Below, piece after piece: positions 28,167 through 38,937 of a stretch of DNA of 64,000 nt. Source of the DNA: Arcobacteraceae bacterium (GTDB taxonomy: Bacteria; Campylobacterota; Campylobacteria; Campylobacterales; Arcobacteraceae); the NCBI GenBank assembly GCA_965224485.1, contig CBDCZH010000001.1:1-64000 (forward strand), read 5' to 3'. The position numbers and the translations under genes are program-made. Within the stretch, counting starts at the first letter, position 1; each line of letters begins with the position of its first letter. The notes beneath the pieces were generated by a model. The model saw only the letters and a list, made by a program, of their open reading frames with translations. It made no database searches and was not told the origin of the DNA.

Positions 28167-30316
28167 ATGAAAAGAATTATAAAAACTAAACTCATTACAG
28201 GCTGTTTTTATATTAGTATAGAAGAAGAGGATTTTAATTTATTATGCTCTTCTCCTGCTAATGTTTTACAGCACTTAGAAAAAAAACACTTACTACAAAA
28301 GAATACTTTATGCAAAAAAAACTCTAAATTAGGACCTTGTTCGATTCTACTCTCTGATATTTTAGTCCAAAATCACCAATTTTCTAACCTTTGTGAAAGT
28401 CCAATTTTCCACATGTTTTATAAGCAAAATATTTTAGATTTTAAGTATAAAAACAATAAAATAAAAAAACCTATAATTATAGGAGACTGCAAACAAATTG
28501 ATACTCAACTTGAATATATAACAAGAGGAAATTATGGTTTATTAAATGATTTCGAATTCTCAAATCTAGATTTAAGTAGTACTCAAATTTCTAATATCAT
28601 GAATGCTAAATTGTATTATGACTTTAAAAATGTATTTAATAATAATGATCTTCTTGATCTTAAGTATTTAAATAAAAATGAGAGAACTTGAAATAAGAGA
28701 TAATATTTTTATTCAAAGAACATGAAAAAAATATTTTTAAACTTTCATATAAAAATGAAAATATAAGTATAGATTTAAACCTTCAAGAGGGTGAAAAATA
28801 TGAAAGTGCTTATTTCTTTGATTACCATAAACTTCCATATGAAGATTTTTTAGTACTTCATACTAGATGTATGTCCTCAATTATTATGTTTCATGGAAAA
28901 ATTTATCTACTTGATACTCCAGCTAATATAATTGATACTTTAAATGCTCTAGGAATAGGTTTAAATGAGATAGAAGGAATCTTTAATACTAGTTTGCATG
29001 ATGATAACTTTATTGGTTTATCTTCTTTATTATTAAGAGATCAAAAATTAAAATATTATTCTACAAAAGTAATTAAATACTCTTTGATGAAAAAACTAGC
29101 TTCTTTACTTCGTATGCCTTTAAGTGCATTAGACAATTATTTTGAATTTAAAAATTTAGAACATGAAGTTTGGAATAAAATTGATGATTTTTACATTAAA
29201 CCTTTTTTAGGAATTGATTCTGTTGAAAGTAATATTTTTTATTTTAAGTGTTTAAATAAAAATAAAGAGTACATTTCTTATGCTCACTTACGAAATATTC
29301 CTTCTTTAGAAGATATGAAAAAGATGATAAAAAATGATGATGATTTTGGCTTATCCCAAACTTTTTATAATAATTCTAAGGAAAATTTTACTAAAAAAGT
29401 GAATTTAAAGAAAATATCTTATAGAAATATAGATTCTGTACTTGAAACTGAGTTTGATGATGATTTAAGTGATGCTATTATTCTTATGAATGAAAATTCT
29501 CACAGTTTTTCTAAAAAGATTAGAACAAGAAACTTTGCTGATATTGATATTTTGATAAAATCATCAAAAAATTATTTGGAACAGAAAGTAAAAGAGTATT
29601 TATTTACTTTTTTTAGAGATGTAAAAAAAGATAATTTTATTTCTTTATTAGATTGTGAAATAAAAAATATCAAACCAAATACAATTATTTTAAATGAAGA
29701 CAAAGAGAGTGATTTTGTATATTTGTTATTAAGTGGTAGTATCAAAAAATATAAAAGCTTTGAAGCCTCTTTTTCTTATCTCTCTGCTGGTATATTCTTA
29801 GCTTTTGAAAATATAATAGAAAATAAAAAAATACTTTATACTTATAAAACTAGATCTTATGTAAATGTATTAGAAATTCCTAAAGTGATTTATATGGATT
29901 TTATAAAGAAAAATAATTTACAGAATAAATTAAAAGAAATTATAAAAAAAGAAAAAGTTCTAAAAGAATTTCCTCTTTTTTCTTCTTTTTTATCTCCTAA
30001 AACAATAGATATTATAGTAAATAATATAATTTATAAAAAATATACACATAATGAAGAAATTACTGAAATGAAAGATGGTTTGTGTTTAATAATAAAAGGT
30101 GAAGTTACAAGATTTTTATATGATCAAAAAATACATAACTTAGGTAAAAAAGATTTTTTTGGAGAAAGAAATATTTTAGAGTTTAAGAGAAATAATTATA
30201 AGTATAAGGCTGTTGGTGAGCTTGAGTTATATATTATTCCTAAAATTGTTTTAAAAAATATTCCTATTATACATTGGAAACTCTTTACTAAATTTCAAGA
30301 AAGTCTAATCTGGTAA
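28167..30316 (+). pseudogene. Cyclic-nucleotide-binding protein with an MBL-like N-terminal region, split by two frameshifts near 28684-28721
   Basis: ORFs 28167..28691 and 28871..30316 join through the bridging peptides ELEIRDNIFIQR and HEKNIFKLSY...; two cNMP domains (VYLLLSG, DFFGE). Confidence 0.7.
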
Positions 30317-30420
30317 AAATTATTATAAGTAATATTTTATATCTTTTGTATATATAAATGAATATTTATATTACATTTATAATTTGTAAGTATAATGTAG
30401 AAAAAACCATAAGGTAAGAA

Positions 30421-30751
30421 ATGACTTTTATTGATTTTAAAAAACTACTTTTAGATGCTGAACTAACTATTCCTAAGTTTACAGCCTTAATTCAAGTTAG
30501 TGAAAAAAATATCCAGTCTTATAAGAAGAAAAAAGAAGTTCCTAATGCAATAGCCGCAATTGCAGCTTGTTTTGCCCAAATGAATAAAGATGGCAAAGAT
30601 TTTAAAGATTTAATAAATAAACTTGAATTAAAGAAAAAAGAAAAAAAAAGGTTCTGGTTTCTCTGCTAATAAAATAGTAAAAGATGAAAAAAGTGAAAAA
30701 GATATAAAAGATGAAAAAGATGAAAAAAAAGAAAGAAAAATAAGAAAATAA
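30421..30751 (+). CDS. Small XRE/HTH-like conserved protein, frameshifted at the A9 run 30641-30649
   Basis: Track ORF 30421..30669. Removing one A gives ...KKGSGFSANKIVKDEK...RK, stop at 30751. Confidence 0.65.
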
Positions 30752-30834
30752 ATAAAAGATTTTTAAATTTTTTTTAAATTAAATTATCATTAATATTTTT
30801 TTGATATACTTCCTTTTATAACAAAAGGAAACAA

Positions 30835-31236
30835 ATGATAATTACTAAAAATGTAAAAAAATTTCTTATAATATCTTCTTTTATGATGGCGCTAAGTGTT
30901 TTAATTGGTGCTTTTGGAGCACATGGTTTAAAATCACATGTTGATGAATATCTTTTAAATGTTTTTAATACAGGGGTAACATACCAGTTTTATAATACCT
31001 TAGGTCTTTTTATTCTTTCATTTTTAATCTCAATACTTCCAAATTCTAAAAAAATAGTTTTTAGTGCGTATTTACTTCTTTTAGGTACTTTAATATTTTC
31101 ATTCTCTTTATACTCCTTAGTTTTATTTAAAATTACTTGGTTAGGAATTATAACTCCAATAGGTGGGAGTATTATTATTGTAGCTTGGTTACTTTGTGCT
31201 TATTCCTTAAAGGACTTAAAACTTGAGCATGATTGA
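30835..31236 (+). CDS. DUF423 (YgdD/TMEM256) membrane protein
   Basis: GAFGAHGL and ITPIGG motifs. Confidence 0.92.
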   Translation: MIITKNVKKFLIISSFMMALSVLIGAFGAHGLKSHVDEYLLNVFNTGVTYQFYNTLGLFILSFLISILPNSKKIVFSAYLLLLGTLIFSFSLYSLVLFKITWLGIITPIGGSIIIVAWLLCAYSLKDLKLEHD

Positions 31237-32035
31237 AAAAATTCAAAACATTAGAGACTCTAGGTGGTTTTCTAATTTAACTACTATTATTATCATAGCT
31301 TATGCTTGTCTTTTAGGTTTTAAAACAATGGGAGATGTTGAAACTACATACTCTTTATTTTTAAAACTTTCTGATTATTTTGTAACAATTTATTTTGTTT
31401 TTGAATTAAGTATCAAAATGATTGCAGAAAAGAAGTTTGTAAATTTCTTTAAATCTTCTTGGAATATTTTTGATTTTGTAATTGTTGTAATCACCTTATT
31501 ACCTCTTGAATCTTCGTCTTTTGCGGCAATTGCAAGGTTATTGAGAGTTTTTAGAATTTTAAGACTTTTTACTTCACGACCTGAGCTAAAAAAAATAATA
31601 GATATGTTAATAAAAGCTATTCCTTCTATTATAGATATTGTTATTTTAATGTTTATAATTTTTTATATTTATGCAATTATAGGAAGTTTCTTTTTCGTTG
31701 ATTTACCTTCTGGTTTATGGAAAGATTTTTTAGTTTCAATGTTAACACTTTTTAGAGTTCTTACTTTTGAAGACTGGACTGATGTTATGTATGAAGCTAT
31801 GGAAGTACATTCTTGGGCCTGGATTTATTTTGTTTCTTTTATTATTATTGCAGCTTTTGTATTCTTTAACCTTTTTGTAGCTGTTATAATAGGTGAAATG
31901 CAAAAACTTCAAGAAGCTGATATGAAAGATGAGATACATGCTGATAGTTTAAAACTAGACCTCTTATTGCGTGAGATGTCAGAGCTTAAAGAAGATATCA
32001 AAGAATTAAGAAAAGATCAAAAACAAAAAAAATGA
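31223..32035 (+). CDS. Bacterial voltage-gated cation channel (BacNav family)
   Basis: WNIFDF, S4 RLLRVFRILR, filter TFEDWTD, S6 FNLFVAVII, C-terminal coiled coil. Confidence 0.93.
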   Translation: MSMIEKIQNIRDSRWFSNLTTIIIIAYACLLGFKTMGDVETTYSLFLKLSDYFVTIYFVFELSIKMIAEKKFVNFFKSSWNIFDFVIVVITLLPLESSSFAAIARLLRVFRILRLFTSRPELKKIIDMLIKAIPSIIDIVILMFIIFYIYAIIGSFFFVDLPSGLWKDFLVSMLTLFRVLTFEDWTDVMYEAMEVHSWAWIYFVSFIIIAAFVFFNLFVAVIIGEMQKLQEADMKDEIHADSLKLDLLLREMSELKEDIKELRKDQKQKK

Positions 32036-32796
32036 AAACTTTTTCAATTTTAGGTTGTGGTTTTTTAGGCTTAGGTTTAGTTAAACAATTACAAAAAAGT
32101 TATATCATAAATATAGCAACAAGAAGTAAACTAAAAGCAAAAGAGTTTTCTTCTTGTGGTTTTAATTCTTATGTCTTATTTTTAAATAATTATCAGTATT
32201 TGAAAGAGTTTTTAGATTGCGATATTTTATTTATATCTTTACCTCCTAAAGATGAAAACTATATATTTTTTTTAGAACATATTTATAAAAATATATTAAA
32301 TAAAACTAAGGTAATATTTATCTCTTCTACTTCGATTTATCCACAAAAAGATTTGATTTTTACTGAAAGTTTTTATATTAAAAATGATGATTTTTCTTTA
32401 GTAAATAAAGCAGAAAGAGTTGTTAAAAAAAGATCAAATATAATTTTTAGATCTGCTGGTTTAATGGGTGAAAATAGAATTCCTGGAAAGTATTTTTCAA
32501 ATAAAGAAGTTAAAAACTATATGCAAAAAGTAAATTATGTACATAAAGATGACCTTATTTCAGTTATTGTTTTTGCCTTAGATAAAAATCTTGAAGGCAT
32601 TTACAATGTTTGTGCTTTAGAACATCCAAGAAAGAAAGAAATATATACAAAAAATGCTAAGAAATATAATTTTAAAGAGCCAATTTTTAATTCTTCTTCT
32701 AATGAAAATAAAAATATAAATAGAATAATTTCTTCTTCTAAGCTATGCAAAGAAGGCTTTGAATATATTTATTCAAAGCCTTTATTTCTTAAATAA
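32032..32796 (+). CDS. NAD(P)-binding atypical SDR/epimerase (YeeZ-like)
   Basis: ILGCGFLG Rossmann motif, FISSTSIY, VNYVHKDD. Confidence 0.85.
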   Translation: MKTFSILGCGFLGLGLVKQLQKSYIINIATRSKLKAKEFSSCGFNSYVLFLNNYQYLKEFLDCDILFISLPPKDENYIFFLEHIYKNILNKTKVIFISSTSIYPQKDLIFTESFYIKNDDFSLVNKAERVVKKRSNIIFRSAGLMGENRIPGKYFSNKEVKNYMQKVNYVHKDDLISVIVFALDKNLEGIYNVCALEHPRKKEIYTKNAKKYNFKEPIFNSSSNENKNINRIISSSKLCKEGFEYIYSKPLFLK

Positions 32797-32806
32797 TTAA
32801 AAGCTT

Positions 32807-33430
32807 TTAATCATTTGTATTAAAAGCTCTATCTCCTGCATCACCAAGACCTGGTCTGATGTAATCATTTTCATCAAGTCTTTCATCTATTTGAGCAATA
32901 TAAATATCAACATCAGGATGTATTTCTTGCACTTTTTTTATTCCCTCAGGTGAACCTAAAACATTTAAAGAAATAATTCTTTTAGGATTCTTTTTCTTTA
33001 AAAAAGCAATTCCATCTATTAGTGAACCCCCAGTTGCCACCATTGGGTCAAGAAGTAATACTGTTCTTCCTTCTAAGTTTGGAATGTTTTCATAAAAAAG
33101 TTTAGATAAAGAAGTTTCTTCATCTCTTTTCATTGCTAAAAATCCAGATTTTGCATAAGGTAAGGTTTTTAAAATACCTGTAAGCATTGGCTCACCAGCT
33201 CTTAAAATAGGAACTAAGACTAACTTTTGCACTTCTATCATTTGTACATCTAAAGGACCTTGCCAAGTATTTATGTTTTGTGTTACTGTTTCAAAGTTTT
33301 CTAGGGCTTCTGAGGCAATTATTCTTGATATCTCTTCAATAGTCATTCTAAATTCATTTGAAGCTGTTCTTGTATCTCTTAATCTATTTACTAAATGTTT
33401 TACTACTACGTTTTTACTCTCTTTATACAT
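32807..33430 (-). CDS. upp: Uracil phosphoribosyltransferase
   Basis: VPILRAG, LDPMVATGGS and PGLGDAGDR motifs. Confidence 0.97.
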   Translation of the reverse strand: MYKESKNVVVKHLVNRLRDTRTASNEFRMTIEEISRIIASEALENFETVTQNINTWQGPLDVQMIEVQKLVLVPILRAGEPMLTGILKTLPYAKSGFLAMKRDEETSLSKLFYENIPNLEGRTVLLLDPMVATGGSLIDGIAFLKKKNPKRIISLNVLGSPEGIKKVQEIHPDVDIYIAQIDERLDENDYIRPGLGDAGDRAFNTND

Positions 33431-33542
33431 ATGTTTTCCTAAGTTTTAATGTAGGAGTATAACTAAAAATGACTTTAAGATAATTAACAAGCTATTAATT
33501 GCAAAGGCTGTATAATCGAAAAATTTTAATAATGAGGTTTAT

Positions 33543-34784
33543 ATGAAAAATACTACGTACAATTTTAGAATCAAAGATTCTATTGTTGGTCTTCAATTCT
33601 TATTTGTAGCTTTTGGAGCTTTAGTTTTAGTTCCTCTTCTAACTGGACTTGATGCTAATGTTGCTTTGTTTACAGCTGGACTTGGTACTTTAGTTTTCCA
33701 GTTAATTAATAGAAAAAATGTTCCTCCAATTTTTTTAGCATCTTCTTTTGCTTTTATAGCTCCTATTTCTTATGGGGTTAAAACATGGGGAATTGCGGCA
33801 ACTATGTCAGGGCTTGTTGCTGCTGGTTTGTTTTATGTTCTTCTTAGTTTTGTAATTAGACTAAAAGGAAGTGATTTTTTGCATAAAATTCTTCCAGCTG
33901 TTGTAGTTGGACCTGTTATTATGTCTATTGGACTTATTTTAGCACCTGTTGCTGTTAATATGGCTATGGGTAAAACAGGAGATGGCGCAATACAGTTAGT
34001 GCCCCAAGATCAAGCAATGGTTATTTCTATGGTTGCTTTATTAGTTACCGTTTTTGCCTCACTTACACAAAAGGGAATTTTTAAATTAATTCCTATTTTA
34101 CTTGGAATAATTGTAGGTTACATTATCTCTTTAATGTATGGAGTTGTTGATTTCTCTTCAATTTCAAATGCTTCTTGGTTTGCAATGCCAAACTTTGTTG
34201 CTCCTGTATTTCATTGGGAAGCTATTATTTTTATTCTTCCAATTGCAATTGCCCCTGCTATTGAGCATATTGGTGATATGTTAGCTATTTCAAATATCAC
34301 AAAAGAAGATTATTTAAAAAACCCAGGTTTAAAAAATACTCTTTTAGGTGATGGAATTGCAACTTCTTTGGCTTCACTTTTTGGTGGTCCTCCTAATACC
34401 ACTTATTCTGAAGTAACTGGTGCTGTTTCTGTTACAAAAGCTTTTAATCCAGCAATTATGACATGGGCTGCTATTTTTGCTATTGTTTTAGCTTTTGTAG
34501 GAAAAGTTGGTGGTTTCTTAGGAACTATTCCAGTTCCTGTTATGGGTGGGATTATGTTACTATTATTTGGAATTATTGCTTCAATTGGAATAGGAACACT
34601 TGTAAAAGAAAAAGTAGATTTAACTTGTACAAGAAATATGGCAATAGTATCAATGATTTTAGTATTCTCTATTGGTGGAATGACTTTTAACTTTGGTGCA
34701 GTTGCTTTTTCTGGTATTGGACTTGGTGCAATTGTTGGAATTGTATTAAATTTAATTTTGCCAAAAGTTAAAGAAGCAAAATAA
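33543..34784 (+). CDS. uraA: Uracil/xanthine permease (NCS2, UraA/PyrP-like)
   Basis: SSFAFI, IEHIGD and GGPPNTTYSE motifs; divergent from upp. Confidence 0.88.
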   Translation: MKNTTYNFRIKDSIVGLQFLFVAFGALVLVPLLTGLDANVALFTAGLGTLVFQLINRKNVPPIFLASSFAFIAPISYGVKTWGIAATMSGLVAAGLFYVLLSFVIRLKGSDFLHKILPAVVVGPVIMSIGLILAPVAVNMAMGKTGDGAIQLVPQDQAMVISMVALLVTVFASLTQKGIFKLIPILLGIIVGYIISLMYGVVDFSSISNASWFAMPNFVAPVFHWEAIIFILPIAIAPAIEHIGDMLAISNITKEDYLKNPGLKNTLLGDGIATSLASLFGGPPNTTYSEVTGAVSVTKAFNPAIMTWAAIFAIVLAFVGKVGGFLGTIPVPVMGGIMLLLFGIIASIGIGTLVKEKVDLTCTRNMAIVSMILVFSIGGMTFNFGAVAFSGIGLGAIVGIVLNLILPKVKEAK

Positions 34785-34806
34785 AATACTTTAAATAATA
34801 AAACTA

Positions 34807-34844
34807 AGATATGACTATATTTTTTAAGTCATATCTCTTTTTTT
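34807..34844 (+). terminator. Intrinsic terminator after the uracil permease
   Basis: AGATATGACT...AGTCATATCT stem followed by a T-run. Confidence 0.7.
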
Positions 34845-34963
34845 ACTCGCATAGTTAAAATCTGTACATCTTTAGAAAAAATGCTAATTCACATCTAAAA
34901 ACAATAGCTTTAATACTTATAATATATTAAATCTCTTATAATATAAAAAATAAAAGGATATAC

Positions 34964-35461
34964 ATGGCAAAAGAACATCAATTTGATATTTCGGCAAAAC
35001 TTGATTTCCAAGAACTAAAAAATGCAATAGTACAAGCACAAAAAGAGTGTGATACTAGATATGATTTTAAAGGTATTGAAAAAGAGATTAATTTTAATGA
35101 GGGAGCTAAAACTATTAGTATTAACTCTGCAAGTGATAATAAAATAGATGCAATTTATGATATTTTAATTTCAAAGCTAAATAAAAGAGGTATTCCTATT
35201 AATTCTTTAGATGAACCTAAACAAGAGAACAGTTCAGGAGCTAATAGAAAATATACTTATCCTTTAATTGATTCAATTCAAAAAGATGAAGCTAAAACAA
35301 TTCAGACTGAAATTAAATCTTTAAAACTAAAAGTGAAATCAGTCAATCAAGGCGATGAAATTAGAGTTACGGGGAAGAATTTAGATGATTTACAAATTGT
35401 TATGAGACATTTAAAAACATTAGATTTAAAATCTCCTTTAGTATTTGATAACTTTAGATAA
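34964..35461 (+). CDS. yajQ: YajQ family cyclic-di-GMP/nucleotide-binding protein
   Basis: FDIS, RYDFKG, QGDEIRVTGK..DDLQ and FDNFR motifs. Confidence 0.95.
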   Translation: MAKEHQFDISAKLDFQELKNAIVQAQKECDTRYDFKGIEKEINFNEGAKTISINSASDNKIDAIYDILISKLNKRGIPINSLDEPKQENSSGANRKYTYPLIDSIQKDEAKTIQTEIKSLKLKVKSVNQGDEIRVTGKNLDDLQIVMRHLKTLDLKSPLVFDNFR

Positions 35462-35488
35462 AAATAGAAAGATTTCTTTCTATTTTTA
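35459..35488. terminator. Bidirectional terminator between yajQ and the chemoreceptor
   Basis: TAAAAATAGAAAG-attt-CTTTCTATTTTTA. Confidence 0.7.
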
Positions 35489-35508
35489 CCCTAGTTTAGA
35501 CTTTTTAC

Positions 35509-37746
35509 TTAAAGTACAATAGAGTCTTTACCTTCAAAAATCTTTTCATCAGCATTTTGAACAATCTTTTTGGCTATTTGACTTGTTTCATTAGCAATAG
35601 TAGAAGTATGAGCTGCAACTTGTGCATTTTTTTGAGTTTGTTGATCTAGTGTTGATACTGCATCATTAATCTGATGTATTCCTTCTTGTTGCTCTTTTGA
35701 AGCAAAGGTAACATCTTGAATTAGCTCAATTGTTTTTGAAATTCCTTCATTTAGATTTGTATAACCATCTATCATTTGATCTGCTATTGTTTTTCCATCA
35801 TTTGCTTTTAGCGTTGCTTGTTCAACTAAATCTTTAATATCTTTAGCTGCTTGTGCTGACCTTGAGGCAAGGTTTCTTACTTCTTGGGCAACTACTGCAA
35901 AACCTTTTCCAGCTTCACCTGCTGTTGCTGCTTCTACTGCTGCATTAAGTGAAAGAATATTTGTTTGAAAAGCAATTTGATCAATTAAAGAAATTGAATC
36001 ATTTATTGCTAAAACTTGCTCATTTATTTCATCCATTGCAGTTGTAGTTTGATTTGCTAATACTTGACCTTTATTAACAGAACTAGTTACTTCTTTTGCT
36101 ATTTCAGACATAGTTATAATATTATGTGTATTTTGTGTAATGCTTGCTGTTATCTCTTCTAAGGCTGCTGATGTTTCTTCTAGTGATGCTGCTGCTTCAT
36201 TTGAAGAGTGATTTAAAATATCAACATTTTTCAATAATTCATTTGTACTTTTATTAATAGTTAAACCATCTCTTTTATTATCTTGTAACATTGTTGTAAC
36301 AATTTGTCCAACATGTAAGATTGATTTTTCTACTTTAGCATGAGCATCATGTATATTATTTGTAAAATCAAGATTTGAATAAGAATTTAGAACTTCAGTA
36401 ATTTCATTTATATTTCCACCAATAGTATTATTAAGAACCTCAAGCATTTGATTTATTTCGGCTTTTAAGTCTTGTAAATTTGGACTTTTTGTTTTATATT
36501 CTAATCTTTGATTTAAATAACCAGTTTTAATTTTGGAAACAATATTTTTAACTTCTTCCATAAATTTAATATCATCAAGAATAATTTCTTTTGAAATAAG
36601 AATATTAGAGTTTACTTTTTTTGACATTTGTCCAATTACATCAACTCTGTTTTCATCAATTGTAATTAAGTTACAATCTTTACTCTCTTTATTTAAAAAT
36701 TTGAAAAAACCATCTAATCCTTGAGCTAGAGTTGTAACCCCATCTTCAATATTAGAACTTATTATTTTCCCTAAAAAAAGACTAAGTAAAACAATTAAAC
36801 AAGATAAAACAATAAAAATTATCATCCAAAGTTTTGCTTCATGTGATAACTCTTTTGCGCTTTGTATAAGTTCCCTAGCAATTTCATCATCTATTTGTTT
36901 TAACATATTTATTTTTTTAGTAATTGTTTTAAACCAGTGGAAAGAATCAATATTAAAGTTTTTTTCATCTTTTGCATTAAGTGCAATGTTTCTCATATTA
37001 TTAACATCTTTAATAATAGGACCACTTAAGACTTTTTTATAAAATAAATAAGCTTTTTTATTAGCTAGTTTTTCAAAAGAATTTAAATAAGCATTTTGTT
37101 CAGAAATAAGTCTATTGAACTTAAGTTTTGCTCCTATGGCAAAATGGTCATTTGCAAAACTAACAGCTCCAACTGCTCTTTCAATTCCAGCTCTCTCTTT
37201 TGCTAGTAAAAAGTTAGTATAAGATGTAAGCTGTATTGTCATTTCATTTTTAATAGAAAAAGAAGCCGTTTTTCTTACAAGTTCTAAAAAAGAAGTATTC
37301 ATTTTTGTATAATATGAAATTGCATTTTTACCACTTATTTTAAAATTCATTATATCTTTTCTAATTTTTTTAATGTTTTCAAGTTTATTTTGTGCTGTAT
37401 ATAAAAGATCAGAAAAATCTTTTTTATAATATACTAATGTTATTTCTTTTAAATTATTTTCAAAATCATGGATCTTTTGATCTGTTAATTCTCTTTGCCT
37501 AGGGAGTTTATTAGTAAAATTTTTACCATTTGATGCTAGGAAACCAGCTGTCATTCCTCTTTCTTTTTGTAACTCATGAACTAATGATGTTACTTTTGTT
37601 GATAAGAGTACAACTTTGTTTAACATATCAAAATTAACATAACGCTGGTATCTTTCATAAGATATAAGCCCAGCAACAATAAATAAGCCAATTAATGGGC
37701 TTAATAGTAATAATCGAAGTTTTGTTTTAATTTTAAATCTATTCAC
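35509..37746 (-). CDS. Methyl-accepting chemotaxis protein with a nitrate/nitrite-sensing (NIT) domain
   Basis: VHELQKERG and [13 protein letters not shown] motifs; [34 protein letters not shown] signalling hairpin. Confidence 0.93.
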   Translation of the reverse strand: MNRFKIKTKLRLLLLSPLIGLFIVAGLISYERYQRYVNFDMLNKVVLLSTKVTSLVHELQKERGMTAGFLASNGKNFTNKLPRQRELTDQKIHDFENNLKEITLVYYKKDFSDLLYTAQNKLENIKKIRKDIMNFKISGKNAISYYTKMNTSFLELVRKTASFSIKNEMTIQLTSYTNFLLAKERAGIERAVGAVSFANDHFAIGAKLKFNRLISEQNAYLNSFEKLANKKAYLFYKKVLSGPIIKDVNNMRNIALNAKDEKNFNIDSFHWFKTITKKINMLKQIDDEIARELIQSAKELSHEAKLWMIIFIVLSCLIVLLSLFLGKIISSNIEDGVTTLAQGLDGFFKFLNKESKDCNLITIDENRVDVIGQMSKKVNSNILISKEIILDDIKFMEEVKNIVSKIKTGYLNQRLEYKTKSPNLQDLKAEINQMLEVLNNTIGGNINEITEVLNSYSNLDFTNNIHDAHAKVEKSILHVGQIVTTMLQDNKRDGLTINKSTNELLKNVDILNHSSNEAAASLEETSAALEEITASITQNTHNIITMSEIAKEVTSSVNKGQVLANQTTTAMDEINEQVLAINDSISLIDQIAFQTNILSLNAAVEAATAGEAGKGFAVVAQEVRNLASRSAQAAKDIKDLVEQATLKANDGKTIADQMIDGYTNLNEGISKTIELIQDVTFASKEQQEGIHQINDAVSTLDQQTQKNAQVAAHTSTIANETSQIAKKIVQNADEKIFEGKDSIVL

Positions 37747-38038
37747 AGTTTTCTTTTCCTTAATAAATATAAAAAATATATAAAAATTATTTAAATAGTT
37801 TTGATTTTAGTTAAATATAAATTTACTTTAGATTAAAAAGTAAAAAGATTTTTTAATTTTGTTTTAATTTTTTAGATTCTAAAGATTATTACTAAATTAA
37901 TAGTGATATTCATTATTTTTATTTTTATTTTTTACTATATCTATCTTAAAATTACTACTAGTATAAAATTGTGAATATTACAAAAAAGACTTTATTGTTT
38001 TTTATTCAAAAATAAGAATTTATATATGAAGATAAAAG

Positions 38039-38149
38039 TTGAAAAATGAAAAGCATTGTTTATGTGAATATATTTATAAAAGAGTAGATAAAACCTTATA
38101 TAAAGCAAAGCATATAGGAGGCAATAAAGTAGTATATGATATAAAATAA
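38039..38149 (+). pseudogene. Remnant of a GGDEF domain C-terminus
   Basis: Hand translation ...IYKRVDKTLYKAKHIGGNKVV, matching the RAD.ALY.AK..GRN terminal motif. Confidence 0.6.
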
Positions 38150-38226
38150 AGATAGAGTGTATATTAAATTTAGTATAATTTATTTTAGAGATTAATTTAG
38201 ATAAAACTAAATAAAATGGAATTATA

Positions 38227-38880
38227 ATGCATATATCAAAAGAAGAAAGAGACGCTGTTTATAAAACAATTTTTAATAGACGTGATACTAGAAGTGAGTT
38301 TTTAGATGAGAGTTTAGATGATGAAATAATTACAAGATTATTAAAAGCAGCTCACCATGCTCCTAGCGTTGGTTTTATGCAACCTTGGGACTTTTTAGTA
38401 GTGAAAGACAAGAAAATTAAACTTAAGATAAAAGAAGCTTTTGTAGAAGCTAGAAATAAAGAAAAAGAGTTCTTTTTTGATGAAAAAAGAGACTTATATG
38501 ATAGCTTAAAATTAGAAGGAATTACCCAAGCTTCTATTGGAGTTTGTATTACTTGTGATAGAAGTAGAACTGGTGAAATAGTTCTTGGTAGGACGCAAAA
38601 CAAACAAATGGATTTATATTCAAGTGTTTGTGCTGTTCAAAATCTTTGGTTAGCCTCAAGAGCTGAAAACTTAGGTCTTGGTTGGGTTAGTATAATTTCT
38701 CATGAAAAACTAAAAGAGATTTTAAATATACCCTCGCATATCGAAATTATTGCTTATGTTTGTATAGGAAAGGTTAAGTTCTTTCATGAAAAACCAGAAC
38801 TTGAAAAAGTATCTTGGTTAAAAAGAAATCCTTTAGAAGATATTGTCCATTATGATACTTGGAATAATAAAAAAAACTAA
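38227..38880 (+). CDS. bluB: 5,6-dimethylbenzimidazole synthase
   Basis: RRD, AHHAPSVGFMQPWDF, SLKLEGI, LGR, MDLYSSVCAVQNLWL and GWVSI motifs. Confidence 0.93.
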   Translation: MHISKEERDAVYKTIFNRRDTRSEFLDESLDDEIITRLLKAAHHAPSVGFMQPWDFLVVKDKKIKLKIKEAFVEARNKEKEFFFDEKRDLYDSLKLEGITQASIGVCITCDRSRTGEIVLGRTQNKQMDLYSSVCAVQNLWLASRAENLGLGWVSIISHEKLKEILNIPSHIEIIAYVCIGKVKFFHEKPELEKVSWLKRNPLEDIVHYDTWNNKKN

Positions 38881-38937
38881 TACACGAAGAATAAACAAAA
38901 GTTTTGTATAATTAATACTTAAATAATAAGGATTAAT

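Noticed and set aside
37801..37814. TTGAT-TTTA-GTTAA as a third FNR-like box upstream of the NIT chemoreceptor
   Set aside because: One half-site has two mismatches, and I could not place a -10 at the expected distance in this extremely AT-rich DNA.
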